A stretch of 64,000 bases of DNA from Candidatus Eiseniibacteriota bacterium (GTDB lineage: Bacteria; Eisenbacteria; RBG-16-71-46; CAIMUX01; VGJL01), in the NCBI GenBank assembly GCA_963792585.1, contig CAWBWI010000003.1, forward strand, positions 128,001 to 192,000, written 5' to 3'. Made by a program: the position numbers and the translations under genes. This document shows positions 11,263-21,628 of the stretch, one piece after another (within the stretch, counting starts at the first letter, position 1; the number at the start of each line of letters is the position of its first letter). Under the pieces are notes generated by a model. That model worked only from the letters and a program-made list of their open reading frames with translations, was not told where the DNA came from and made no database searches.

Positions 11263-12798
11263 TCATGGCGTCTCCTTCTGCCACCGCACCCAATAGTCTG
11301 GACCCAGGGGTAGCGCGGATGGATATACAAGTCGCCTGTGGTAAGCGGCGTACAAGACGGTGCACCATCTATCAATGAACTTTGGAGTGTCCTCGTCATC
11401 GATCGTGGCGGGTCCCCATGCAAGCCGAATTGAATGAATGACTCGAGATACAGCTTGAGCTGCCAATTCGACCCGGTCGACCGCAAATGGAACATAAGCC
11501 ACCCTCTTACCTGCAGTGAAATAGGACACCTCTCGCCATCTAAATGCGCCATCCTCGGGGGTTGCGGAGTACCACAAATTGGCAGCCCATTCGTAGTGTG
11601 GCTCAGCCTGAACGACAAGAATGCGACCGCCAGCCGCTACGTCCCAGCCCGTTCCCAGAAACGCGCCCTCCTGAATGGGCATCCCCCCCAATAGGTAACT
11701 GACCCTCAGCATTGCGCTCCCCAGCCCTACGCTCACCGTATTGTGGCGCCTCAACTGCTCTCCCAAGTCATCATCGGCAATTGCTCCGAGTTGCGCTGTC
11801 GGTGCGGCACTCCTTATCGCATCAATTAGATCAAGATAGATCATCCCCAACAGTCCTAAACCCTCAGATGCAAGAGCGGATCGGGTTTGCCATTTTTCCG
11901 TCGCCGCAAGATTCGCAGCCTGCCTGGCAGCTTCCCGTTCGGCTTCGATCGCCCCAGCCATGGCAATGATCCTGGATCCAGTGACTTGGACCTCGGTTGT
12001 CGCCTGGTCCCGAATCTTCTCTAGCAACCCGATGATTCTGTCCCGAGTTGGACGGGTGTCCGGCTGTTTTCGCAACATCATGGAAATGAGCGTCCGCAGT
12101 TGAGGCGATGCCGTCGAGACTGGCGGCGGACTTGTCTTCAGGTGCTGATCCATGTAGCTCGCTTGATCCGGACCCGGGAAGGGAGGCGCTCCAGCAATCA
12201 TCGCGTGTGCCACGCAGCCAAGACTGTAGATGTCTGTGGAGTTAGTGGCACGCTGCAGAAGCCACTGCTCCGGTGCGGCATACGCTGGACTGAGACAGTC
12301 CTTCAAGGACCTGGCTGAAGTGGCATCTTCGACGAATCGCGCGATCCCAAAATCGCCGATCTTCCAGGAACCTTCATGGTGGAGGATATTCGGTGGCTTA
12401 AGATCTCGATGCACGAGATCTGCCACCTCACACAACCCACGCAGGACATCCAAGAGGACCCGAACGGCTTCCGTTTCTGCCAGGGGCCCATCCCTATCAA
12501 TCCTGTCCTGTAGCGATTCCAGGGCTCTCGGCATAACAACGAAGTACCGATCTGATCTCGAGTCTTGCCCTACGTCTAGGATCGGGAGAACGTGCGCGAG
12601 ATTCCTGCCCATTAATTCCTGTGCGATTCTGATTTCACGATGTGCGGCTTCTGATGCGTTCAAATGGAGTCGCTTGACGGCAACCTCCGGCCAGGACTCG
12701 TTTGATCCCAGGAAGACTTCTCCGAACCCACCAGCGGGTCCCAGGGGTTTGCTTGGATCAAAAACCCACACCCCGCCTTCAAGGGCAATCTCTACCAT
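11263..12798 (-). CDS. Hanks-type Ser/Thr protein kinase with C-terminal domain of unknown function
   Basis: GGFGEVF, VAVKR, HRDLKPPN, DFG, YAAPEQ, DIYSLG; RBS before MVEIAL at 12798. Confidence 0.92.
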   Translation of the reverse strand: MVEIALEGGVWVFDPSKPLGPAGGFGEVFLGSNESWPEVAVKRLHLNASEAAHREIRIAQELMGRNLAHVLPILDVGQDSRSDRYFVVMPRALESLQDRIDRDGPLAETEAVRVLLDVLRGLCEVADLVHRDLKPPNILHHEGSWKIGDFGIARFVEDATSARSLKDCLSPAYAAPEQWLLQRATNSTDIYSLGCVAHAMIAGAPPFPGPDQASYMDQHLKTSPPPVSTASPQLRTLISMMLRKQPDTRPTRDRIIGLLEKIRDQATTEVQVTGSRIIAMAGAIEAEREAARQAANLAATEKWQTRSALASEGLGLLGMIYLDLIDAIRSAAPTAQLGAIADDDLGEQLRRHNTVSVGLGSAMLRVSYLLGGMPIQEGAFLGTGWDVAAGGRILVVQAEPHYEWAANLWYSATPEDGAFRWREVSYFTAGKRVAYVPFAVDRVELAAQAVSRVIHSIRLAWGPATIDDEDTPKFIDRWCTVLYAAYHRRLVYPSALPLGPDYWVRWQKETP

Positions 12799-12866
12799 GT
12801 GCTCTTCCTTATATCGCGCGGACATCTACGTTGCCCCGCGCGAGCTCCAGAATCCGGAAAGGTACA

Positions 12867-15800
12867 TCACCCCGTCACCGGCCACAGATACACCAGCCCC
12901 ACCGGTTCAATCCTCGTCGCCTTCACCTCATAGAGTGCCTGGATGCGCGCCGGCTCTTCGCGCAGCTCCCGATCGATCGCCGTGAGCCTCTTATCCCAGT
13001 AACGCCGGTCGGACTCGAGCTGCCGGCGCTCTTCTTCCTCCTCCAATGCCAGGCGCTGCTGCGGGTCGTCGACCTTCTTCGCCGTCCCGGCGATTCGTGC
13101 GCGCTGCTCTTCCAGGATCTTCCGCATGGCGTCGGCCTCGCGCTTACCCCGGTCCGCCAGTTGCCGGCGCGCTTCCTCCGCCAGGGCCTCGGCGCGGGCG
13201 GTCAGGTGCGGAAGCAGATCCTCCACATCCTGCGGACCGCTTCCCTGCAGGTTCGATTGCACCGTGTTGGAGACCGCCTGGCTCGGTCCCGGCGCGAGGG
13301 CGTCTTCCAGCAGATCGAGCGTGATCGCCTCCGCATCGCGCTGGTAGGGCGTGAGCTGCCCCTTGCGTCGCTTCGCCTCGATCCAGCGGGAGGTGACGGG
13401 GATCAGCTCCTCGTGGAGCCGGGCGGCGTTGGGGCCGTACAGGCAGAGCCTCCCGAGCAGGATCACGCGCGGGATCGAGTCACGGGTCTGCACGAGGCAG
13501 GCGCGGGTCAGGTCGTTGTGGATGAAGCCCTGCGAGCGGAAGCGGCCCAGCAATCGCTGGACGACGCGGTGCTCGAGGTGCAGGTGGACGACGCTCTCGT
13601 CCATCGTCCCGGGGTCGGCGAAGACGATCGGGCGGATAGGCGAGCTGCTGCGCCACTCCCACTGCCGCTGGTCGCGCGGGCGCGGAGCGCGCAGGGCGTC
13701 GAGCGTGTCGGCCCAGGTGGGGTCGGCCCCCTGCGCCTGGTCGATCGCGGGGAATGTGAAACGCGGCTGGCGATCCTTGCCGCGGTCGACGGCCTTTTGC
13801 GCGGGGTCGGCCTCGCGCTCGAGCGGCGGCGCGCCCATGACCTCCAGCGCCGCTGAGATCGTCGCGCGGAAGGGATCCTCCTCCAGCCGGATCCAGTCTC
13901 TCGAGGCCGCGAGGAGGGTGCGGCAGCGTTCGATCTGCTCGCCGAGCTTCTCCTGGCGCTCGCGCGCCTCCTCGAGTTCCTGCGCGGTCACGCGGCGGCG
14001 TTCGTCGTCGACGGTCTGCTCCTCGACTTCGCGGGCGATCGCTTCGATCCGATCGTGGCCGATTCCGCGCTTCAGGAGATCGGCGATCCTCCCCTCGACG
14101 ACCTGGGAGACGCTGCCCAGCTCCTCCTTGTCGGTCTTGGTCTTCCGCACGAGCGACCTGGAGGACGCGATCCTCGGGCCGCTGCCGGTAGAAGAAGTAG
14201 TGGCAGAAGACCTCCGGCTCGGGCTGGAGCTTGCGGTCGATGCGGCCGTTACGCTGCTCCATCCGGCTCGGGTTCCACGGGACGTCGAAGTGGAAGAGGT
14301 TGTAGCAGTGGGTCTGGAGGTTGATCCCCTCGCGGGCGGCGTCGGTGGCGATCAGGATCCGCACCGGGTGCGCGCGGGGTCGCCGTTGAAGGCCCGCTTG
14401 ATCTCCTCGCGCTCGTCATCGGGCGTGGGGCCGTGGAAGACGGCGATCCGCTCATCGGCACGGTCGGTCCCGCCGATGGCCGCTGCGAGCTGCTCGCGTA
14501 GGTAACGCTTCGTGTCGTCGTACTCGGTGAAGATGAGGAGGCGCGTCTCGGTCCAGGGCGGCAAACGTTTGCCGGTCTCCGGTTGCCGGCCGGCCTGCGC
14601 GCGCCGGCCCGGCGGCGATCTCGGGCACATGTGCGCGCGGATCCAGTCGACGAGCAGGCGCACCCGCGCGTCGGGCAGGCCGCGCGCCGCCTCGGCGATC
14701 TCCGTCATCTCGTCGAGGAGCTTCTGCTCGCTGGGCGAAGAGGGCGCGAGCGTCGGTGGTCTCGGTCGGTCCGGCCGTGGCCGCGGTGGCGGCTTCGACC
14801 TGGGCGTCCTCTTCGGAGCGGATCTCCTCTTCGGAGAGGGCCGCGCGATCGTCGTCGCTGCCGACGGAGGCGTTGAGGAGGTCGAGGTCGGTGTCCCGGT
14901 CCAGGCCGGGGCCGCCTGGGCGGAATGAGCCGCTTGGCAGCCTCAGCCGCCTGCGCCGCCTCCCAGTGCCGCAGGACCGTCCTGCGGTGGACGCGCAGCG
15001 TGCGCGCGAACGCCTCGATGGACGAGAGGAGCCGCTGCTGGAGTCCCGAGATGAGGAGCATCGACTGCGGCCTGCTTGCGCTTCGTCTCGCTCGCGAGCC
15101 GCTGCTCGCGCAGGTGCGCGGTACTGGTCGAGCAGCGCCGAGAGGCGCAGTTCGGGGGCGTCGGCCGGCAGGCCGTCGATGTCGACCTGGACCACGTTGC
15201 GCTTGGGGAAGCCGCCCGAGATCTCGCGGATGTCCTCCTTCAGGCGGCGGACCATGACCTCGTCGCGCAGCTTCGCCTCGACGGGCACGCCGCGGCAGAA
15301 CCGCTGCGGGTCGAGGATCTCGAGCAGCGCCGAGAAGCTGTTCGAGTGGCCGTTGTGCGGCGTCGCGGAGAGGAAGAGCCGGTGCTCGAAGCGCGGGGCG
15401 AGGTCGCGGACGGCGCGGGTGATCTTCGAGTCGATCGCGTAGCGCCGCGCCGCTCGCGGGGGCGGCGTGGTGCGCCTCGTCGAGGATCAGGAGCGAGCCG
15501 GGGCGGAAGCTCGCCCAGCCAGTCGCGCAGCGGGCCGGCGTAGTCCTCGTCGATCAGCAGGCGGTGCGAGATCAGGAAGCGCGTGTGGGTCGTCCACGGG
15601 TTGATCGCCGAAGCCGCGCTCCTGGCGCACGCGGGCGATGTACTCCTTGTCGAGGACCTCGAAGATCAGCCCGAAGCGGTTCTCCAGCTCGTCCTGCCAC
15701 TGGTGGAGCATCGACGGCGGGCACGGCGACGACGATCTCGCGCACCTTCTTGCGCAGGAGCAGCTCGCGGGCGATCAGGCCGGCCTCGATCGTCTTGCCG

Positions 15801-16222
15801 AGCCCCACGTCGTCGGCGATGAAGAGGTTCACGCGGGGCAGCAGGAGCGCCTTGCGGAGCGGCTCGAGCTGGTAGGCGTCGATCCGGATGCCCGCGCGGA
15901 AGGGCGCCTGGAAGAGCTTCGGGTTCGTCGAGGTGACGCAGTTCCAGCGGAGCGTGTGGAGGTAGGCCGCGAAGAGCCGGGGCGGATCGAACCCGCGCTG
16001 GGCGAGGGAGTGCCAGGACTCGCCGGTCAGGATCTCGGGATCGACTTCCTTGTCCCAGAGGACTTCGAGGGGTTGGCCTTGCGCGTCGTCATCGATGCAG
16101 GAGAGGCGGACGAGGGTCGACTCTGCCGGGTCGGCCGGGCGGATGACCTCTTCGACGAGGTATTGCCGCTGGCGGACACGGACGATCTGGCCGACGCCCG
16201 GGGGCAAAGAAATCTGGGGCAA
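12867..16222 (-). CDS. drmD: SNF2-like helicase DrmD; multiply frameshifted (errors or pseudogene)
   Basis: GQIVRVRQR, QAPFRAGI..YQLEPL, ADDVGLGKTIEAG, DEAHH, SATPHNG, ATDAAREGINLQ, WNPSRMEQRNGRIDR and GLVYLWP spread over several frames; GGAGG before TTG 16222. Confidence 0.85.
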
Positions 16223-16603
16223 CGAGATGCCTCCACGTCTTCAGTTGCGGGCGCACTTCCAGCCCGCATGCACAGTCGTTGACCGACCCAGCCCCCAGGT
16301 CGGCACATGCGTAAGAAAGAATAGGGACTGTGGAGGGGCTCGTCAAGGCGTGGTCTGGGCGGGGTGCGCTGTGCCGCGTGCCCTGCGCGGCCTGCTGGGT
16401 GGAGTGGCCTTGCGCGGCGTGCTGGGTGGAGTGCCTCCGCGCGTGCCTCGGCGGGGTTCCCTGGCGTCGTGGTCCCGGCGCCCCATCCGTGGTAACTTCC
16501 GCCGTGATTCTGCGTAGGGCTGCTCACGGTTCGGCCGGCAGCGCCACCAGCGCCCTCAGATCCGGGCAGAATTCACTAAGCCCCTCGGGCAAGGAGGAAG
16601 ATT

Positions 16604-17704
16604 TTGCGGCATCCCCGATTCGAACGCCGTCCAATACACCGCTGCCTCGCAATATCAGTGGCTCTTCTTGCAGCCACGCTGGTCTGCCCAGGGGTCGTCG
16701 CCTTGGCGGGCGACACGCATCCCGCACCCCGCCTCCCCTCCCGCCCAACCCTGGCCGTCGAGGACACGATCCACGCCCTCGTCGCCGAGCCGTTGCCCGA
16801 GGTGGTCATCACGGCGCCCCGGCAGACGCTCGATGACATCCTCCGCCACGTGGCCGAGGGCGAGGCGTACCGGGACTCGATGATCGACGACCAGGCCTTC
16901 ACGCTCTTCATCCGCATGACGGGCCGTGACTCCAAGAAGGACGGCCTCGAGAAGAGCGAGCCGTACATCGAACTGGCGACGCGGATCTATCAAAAGCAGC
17001 CGGACAAGCAACGGACGGTCGTGCTGAGGGAGTGGTCCCGCTACGACAAGAAGGACGAGCAGGAGGAAACGGAAGGCGGGGAGATCGATATCCACGTCGG
17101 TGATGCGGGCGACGAGAAGCCGGGAGAGAAAGCCCCTGCCGACAAGGGTAGTCCCGGTGAGGGGCAAACAGACAATACCGGGAACTCGGATAAGGAAGAT
17201 CGCAAGACCGGTGTAAGCGTCTCCGTCAACTCCGGGATGGGAGAGCAGTTCGTCGCCTTCGCATTCGACCCGAAGACGCGCTCGCGCTTTCGCTTCCGGA
17301 TCGAGGATCGCAAGATCATCGGCGACCAGGTGATCTACGTGATCGCCTTTTCCCCGAAGTCACCGCTCGATGTCCTGCCGACGGGCCGCGCTTGGGTCAA
17401 CACCAATGACTTCGTCATCTTGCGGGAAGAGTTCGCCTACCGCGACCGCTCCCCGGCACCGCTTTTCATGGAGTCGCTCGATTCGTGCATCCTCGAACGG
17501 ACCCGGATCGACGGCCAGTACTGGGTCCTCTCGCGGATATTCGCGCGCGTGACCCTGACCGATCCGGTGCGCCTGATGGGGAAGATCGCGCGCACCAAGG
17601 TCCCGAAGGTCGCCGACTTCGCCGTGACCTGGAACGACTGGATCATCAACGGCGGCATCCCGGATTCGCTCTTCGCCCCGGCCGCGACGAAGGAGGCGAA
17701 ATGA
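16604..17704 (+). CDS. Secreted hypothetical protein (possibly DUF5686 N-terminal-like)
   Basis: Signal peptide, LPEVVITA motif, YVIAFSPK...GRAWVNTNDFVILR; AAGGAGG RBS. Confidence 0.7.
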   Translation: MRHPRFERRPIHRCLAISVALLAATLVCPGVVALAGDTHPAPRLPSRPTLAVEDTIHALVAEPLPEVVITAPRQTLDDILRHVAEGEAYRDSMIDDQAFTLFIRMTGRDSKKDGLEKSEPYIELATRIYQKQPDKQRTVVLREWSRYDKKDEQEETEGGEIDIHVGDAGDEKPGEKAPADKGSPGEGQTDNTGNSDKEDRKTGVSVSVNSGMGEQFVAFAFDPKTRSRFRFRIEDRKIIGDQVIYVIAFSPKSPLDVLPTGRAWVNTNDFVILREEFAYRDRSPAPLFMESLDSCILERTRIDGQYWVLSRIFARVTLTDPVRLMGKIARTKVPKVADFAVTWNDWIINGGIPDSLFAPAATKEAK

Positions 17705-19053
17705 GGGCGCGGCGGGATGAACCGGCGGTGAGCCGATGCGGGGCGCGCATTCCATGGCCGTCTCTGTGGCTCGCGATCTTCTTCCTCCTCGGCGCGCGCG
17801 CCGCCGCGGCGCAGACATCCCCCGACCCGCTTGGCCCCTTCCTCCGTGGCCTGGCCGACTCGACCGACGCCTACTTCGGTCCCAACGCGGCGATCTTCGA
17901 CACGACGGGCATCGACTCGCTTATTCGCGTGAAGGGATCGGCGAAGCCGGATTCGGTAGTTCCGCATAAGCGGGGTGTGCAGCGCTCCGCGAGCGCCGGC
18001 TACCACCGCGCGACCGGCACGGTTCTCGGCATCGGCGCGGGCAGGAGTCTCCCGGGCGGAACATGGCTCGACATGAAGGGAAGCTACGGTTTCGCGAACA
18101 AGGAGGGCCGGTACTCCTTCGGTCTCTCCCGAACCCTTGCGCGCCGGTCGGGGAAGATGACGGAACGCACTGCGAGCTCGCACGGCACGCTGGGACTCAA
18201 CCTCGCCTACGCGCGCGAGACCGTCCCCTTCGCACCCGAACACGAGACGCCGTTTTCGAGCACGGTCGGCGCCTTCTTCACGGGGCTCGACCGCCAGAGC
18301 GTCTACGAACGGCGCGGAGGATCCGCCGCGCTGACCTGGGCGCGGGAGAGCTTCTTCGCCTCGGCCGGCTGGCGCGCGGCGCGCGACCAGTCGATGCCGC
18401 GGGCGACCAAGTTCAGCCTCTGGGGCTCCAAGCACAGTGTGTCCGAGGTCACGCGCGCCCGCACCGGATCGTACCAGGAGGGATTCGCGCGCATCGCCTC
18501 GACGCGGGCCGGCCTCCCATTCGTAGGCGCCGAGGGGCAGTACGCCTCGCGCTCTCGATGGCGTGCGCGGGTCGCGGCCGCGCAGAGCGTCGTCCTCTCG
18601 CGGATCGAGGCGCACCTCCAGGTGGAGGGCGGAATGGCCGCGCGCAAGGGCCCTTCGCAGGATCGCTTCGAGCTGGGCGGCCCGCTCGCCGTGCCGTCGC
18701 TCGGCTTCGGGCGCGAAGCGGGCAACCGCCTCCTTCTCGGGAAGATCGAGTTCGTCCACGGGATGGACCTGATCCGGACATTGCACATTCCCTATGTGAC
18801 GTTTATGGCGTTGCACCCGGCGGTGTTCGCGCAAGGGGCGTCCGCGTGGACGGCCGATGACGGGGATTGGAATCGTCCTCCGGACGCCGCGTGGCGCGGC
18901 GCGGCGGGGTTTGCGCTCGTCCACATTCCCGGATTCCCGACGTCAACCACGCATGTCCGCCTGCAGATGGCATGGCCGGTGGGGCGCGAGAGCGGCGTGG
19001 CGCGCTTCAGCGTCGCCATCGGACAGTGGTTCGATTCGATCCCGAAGAGATGA
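17701..19053 (+). CDS. Putative outer-membrane beta-barrel protein
   Basis: ATGA overlap with the upstream gene; signal peptide; amphipathic beta-strands ending RFSVAIGQWF. Confidence 0.7.
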   Translation: MRARRDEPAVSRCGARIPWPSLWLAIFFLLGARAAAAQTSPDPLGPFLRGLADSTDAYFGPNAAIFDTTGIDSLIRVKGSAKPDSVVPHKRGVQRSASAGYHRATGTVLGIGAGRSLPGGTWLDMKGSYGFANKEGRYSFGLSRTLARRSGKMTERTASSHGTLGLNLAYARETVPFAPEHETPFSSTVGAFFTGLDRQSVYERRGGSAALTWARESFFASAGWRAARDQSMPRATKFSLWGSKHSVSEVTRARTGSYQEGFARIASTRAGLPFVGAEGQYASRSRWRARVAAAQSVVLSRIEAHLQVEGGMAARKGPSQDRFELGGPLAVPSLGFGREAGNRLLLGKIEFVHGMDLIRTLHIPYVTFMALHPAVFAQGASAWTADDGDWNRPPDAAWRGAAGFALVHIPGFPTSTTHVRLQMAWPVGRESGVARFSVAIGQWFDSIPKR

Positions 19054-19119
19054 TGCCTGCGGGGCGGATGACGGGCGACTTTTCTGCGTCGGAGCTGATG
19101 CTCGCGGCCCAATGATGAA

Positions 19120-19174
19120 GCCGGCGATCGCCGTTCCGAGGGGTCCCTCTACCCTCGTGAGGCCGATCGCCGGC
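19120..19174. terminator. Stem-loop between convergent genes
   Basis: GCCGGCGATCG ... CGATCGCCGGC inverted repeat. Confidence 0.45.
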
Positions 19175-19177
19175 TCC

Positions 19178-19209
19178 GTGTGTCCTCCCGCGGGTGTGTC
19201 CTCCCGCGG
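19178..19209. repeat. Perfect 16-bp tandem duplication
   Basis: GTGTGTCCTCCCGCGG at 19178-19193 and 19194-19209. Confidence 0.85.
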
Positions 19210-19228
19210 ATTCTCGCGCGACGGATCC

Positions 19229-20452
19229 TCAGTCGATCACGACCATGCGACCCGTCTGCGAACCCGTCCGCGTGCTGAGTTGGTAGAAGTAGGTTCCCGC
19301 CGGTTGGCGGGTTCCCGAAGCATCGCGCCGGTCCCAGGTCGCGACATGCGGGCCCGCGGACTGCGTCTCGTTGACCAGCGTGCGGACCCAGCGACCCTGG
19401 GCGTCGTAGACGCGCAGAAGGACCGGCTCGTCGTCTTCCATCCGGAAGTGGACATTGGCAACGTCCGTCACCGGGTTCGGAAACGTCATGAGCCGATCCG
19501 CCCGCCCGCCGACCGGATCGTCCCCGACGGTGGCGACGGGAAGCGCCGGAATGCGGATCACATTGACGACGAACTTGCCGATCAGACCCGCCTGTGATGC
19601 CGGGCTGGTGTTCAACAGCAACATGAGTTCCTGGCCTATCTCCGCGGGTTGCGTCGTCCAGGTCCCGTTATCGCCGATATGGAAGCTCGCCGGCGTTGTC
19701 GTGAACGTTCCCAGCAGCGCCCCGTACGGACCGTCAACCATAGGCTGCGTGGGATCGACGAGGCCGAGCAGACCCTCGGGACCGAAGTATCCGGTGGAGT
19801 AAACGGAGTTCGGCAGGGCGGGGTCCTTCATGCTCCCATACGGCAGGACGATGAACCGGTCCCCGTCGGCCGCCACCAGTCCCGTCGGTGCCGGGAGGAC
19901 TGTGTTGCGATTGATCACCACCTGGGAAACATCGCGGCTACCCGAGGGCACGTGGATGACCGTGATGGTGACCGACCCCTCCATCGACGCCAGATCAGCG
20001 TCCGACATGTTCAGACTGAGCCGCAGCTCCTGACCAACGTGGGCGGGCTGGATTGTGAACGACCCGGCACGCCCGAAGAACTGATAGTCCGTCATGTTGC
20101 CGGTGAAGCCGCCGATGAGCGCGCCGTACGGCATACCCGAAGAGATCAGCTGTGTCCCCGAAGTCCAGTTCGCCTGGCCCGCGGGGCCGAACCATCCCCG
20201 GTCAAAACGCAGCGGCAGAGCGTCCGTGCGGAGAGATCCCTCCGCGATGAAGATCACCTCGCTCGACGTGTTCACCGGAAAGATCCCGGTGTGCACCGGC
20301 TGCGTCGTGGAAGAATCGATCGTGACGACGACGCTCTGGACGTACTGCGCGCTCGCCGTGGAAGCGCCCGCTATCGCGATCGCCGCGACGACCAGCATGG
20401 CAAGCCACGGATTGCGGCGCGCTGGAGTCTTATCGAGAACTCTGTTAAGCAT
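19229..20452 (-). CDS. Secreted protein: two LecA/PA-IL-like repeats plus FlgD/T9SS-like CTD
   Basis: Signal peptide; PYGALIG and PYGALLG repeats; FPNP...YDAQGRWVRTL...WD...GTYFYQL. Confidence 0.8.
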   Translation of the reverse strand: MLNRVLDKTPARRNPWLAMLVVAAIAIAGASTASAQYVQSVVVTIDSSTTQPVHTGIFPVNTSSEVIFIAEGSLRTDALPLRFDRGWFGPAGQANWTSGTQLISSGMPYGALIGGFTGNMTDYQFFGRAGSFTIQPAHVGQELRLSLNMSDADLASMEGSVTITVIHVPSGSRDVSQVVINRNTVLPAPTGLVAADGDRFIVLPYGSMKDPALPNSVYSTGYFGPEGLLGLVDPTQPMVDGPYGALLGTFTTTPASFHIGDNGTWTTQPAEIGQELMLLLNTSPASQAGLIGKFVVNVIRIPALPVATVGDDPVGGRADRLMTFPNPVTDVANVHFRMEDDEPVLLRVYDAQGRWVRTLVNETQSAGPHVATWDRRDASGTRQPAGTYFYQLSTRTGSQTGRMVVID

Positions 20453-20472
20453 TGGAATCACCTCCCAGCCGC

Positions 20473-21378
20473 TCATTGCGGGATCCGGATGACGTTGACG
20501 ACGAAACGTCCATCGCACCCGACGAGATCCGCCGGGGCGAGGTTCACGTTCAGTTTCAGTTCCTGACCGGCGACACCCGTGCCCACCATCCATGTGCCGC
20601 TGTCGCCGATGTAGAAGGCGGCCGCCGCGTCGTCGAAATGACCGTAGAGCCCGCCGAAAGGTCCATCCGTATACGGCTGGCCGACGCGGTTGAACTTCGG
20701 CAGACCGGCGGGATCGAAGTACCCGTCCGTGAAGAGGTGAAATGGGATGGTCGTCTGGATCGCCCCATACGGAAGGACCAGGAACCGATCCCCCGCCGCG
20801 GCGAAGATCCCCGTGGGGACGGGAAGCGTCGTGCCGTCCCTGATCTCGAGCATCGCGGTATCGGCCGTCCCGTCCGCAATGTAGATGACCGTTATCTCGA
20901 ACTGGCCATTGAGGGCGGCAAGATCGGCGTCCGACATGTTGAGCGCCAGACGGAATTCCTGTCCGACGTGGGCGGGAAGCAGGTGGAACGCGCCCATCCG
21001 GCCGACATAGCGGTAGTCGGGGACGTTCGTCGTGAACCCGCCGACCACCGCGCCGTAGGGCATGCCGTTCCCGATCGGCTGTCCCCCCCGCGCCATTCGG
21101 GTCATTCCCGCAGGACCGAACCAGTCCTGGTCGTACCGGCCCGTATTGGGGTAGTTCTGGACGCTCCCTTCCGCCAGGATGATGACCTCGCCGTTCGCGT
21201 TCGCGGGGACGAAGCCCGTACCGACGGGCTGCGTCGTGGAAGCGTCGATCGTGATCTGATGGCTCTCGTAGTTCTGCGCGTGGACGGCCGGCGGGATGAT
21301 CCCGACCAATCCCGCCAGCAGGATCCCGCTCGCGACCGATCGCGGGAGTTTCTTGATCATATCTAGCTGCGTCGACAT
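20473..21378 (-). CDS. Secreted paralog of the adjacent gene (two repeats, no CTD)
   Basis: Colinear with 19229-20452 (TTQPV, WFGPAG, GMPYGA, LNMSDADLA, FVVNVIRIP). Confidence 0.8.
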   Translation of the reverse strand: MSTQLDMIKKLPRSVASGILLAGLVGIIPPAVHAQNYESHQITIDASTTQPVGTGFVPANANGEVIILAEGSVQNYPNTGRYDQDWFGPAGMTRMARGGQPIGNGMPYGAVVGGFTTNVPDYRYVGRMGAFHLLPAHVGQEFRLALNMSDADLAALNGQFEITVIYIADGTADTAMLEIRDGTTLPVPTGIFAAAGDRFLVLPYGAIQTTIPFHLFTDGYFDPAGLPKFNRVGQPYTDGPFGGLYGHFDDAAAAFYIGDSGTWMVGTGVAGQELKLNVNLAPADLVGCDGRFVVNVIRIPQ

Positions 21379-21628
21379 TGGAGACGACTCCTTCCTCAAG
21401 GTTGGGGCTTGCGATTTCCTCTCATCGAAACCTCGCGGCGTCCCCGGCGTGGAAGCGCCCGCGGGTTGCGGGCGGGAGGGCTCAACCGTGGAGCCGTTCG
21501 GGTCTCTATGGGGGAACGCGGAAACGGGCGGCGGAGGGTGACACGGAATCTATTCGTTGATTGGGTGGGGCTGCAGAGGGGACGGGGTCGGGGGTCGGGT
21601 CGGGGCCCGCTCGGGCGCTGTCGTGAGC

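Noticed and set aside
16390..16440. GCTGGGTGGAGTG repeated twice as a CRISPR-like array
   Set aside because: Only two short copies with a short spacer; no cas genes
16590..16640. GTTCGAATC (minus strand) as a tRNA T-loop or island attachment site
   Set aside because: The flanks do not form a T-stem or cloverleaf, and the site lies inside a CDS start
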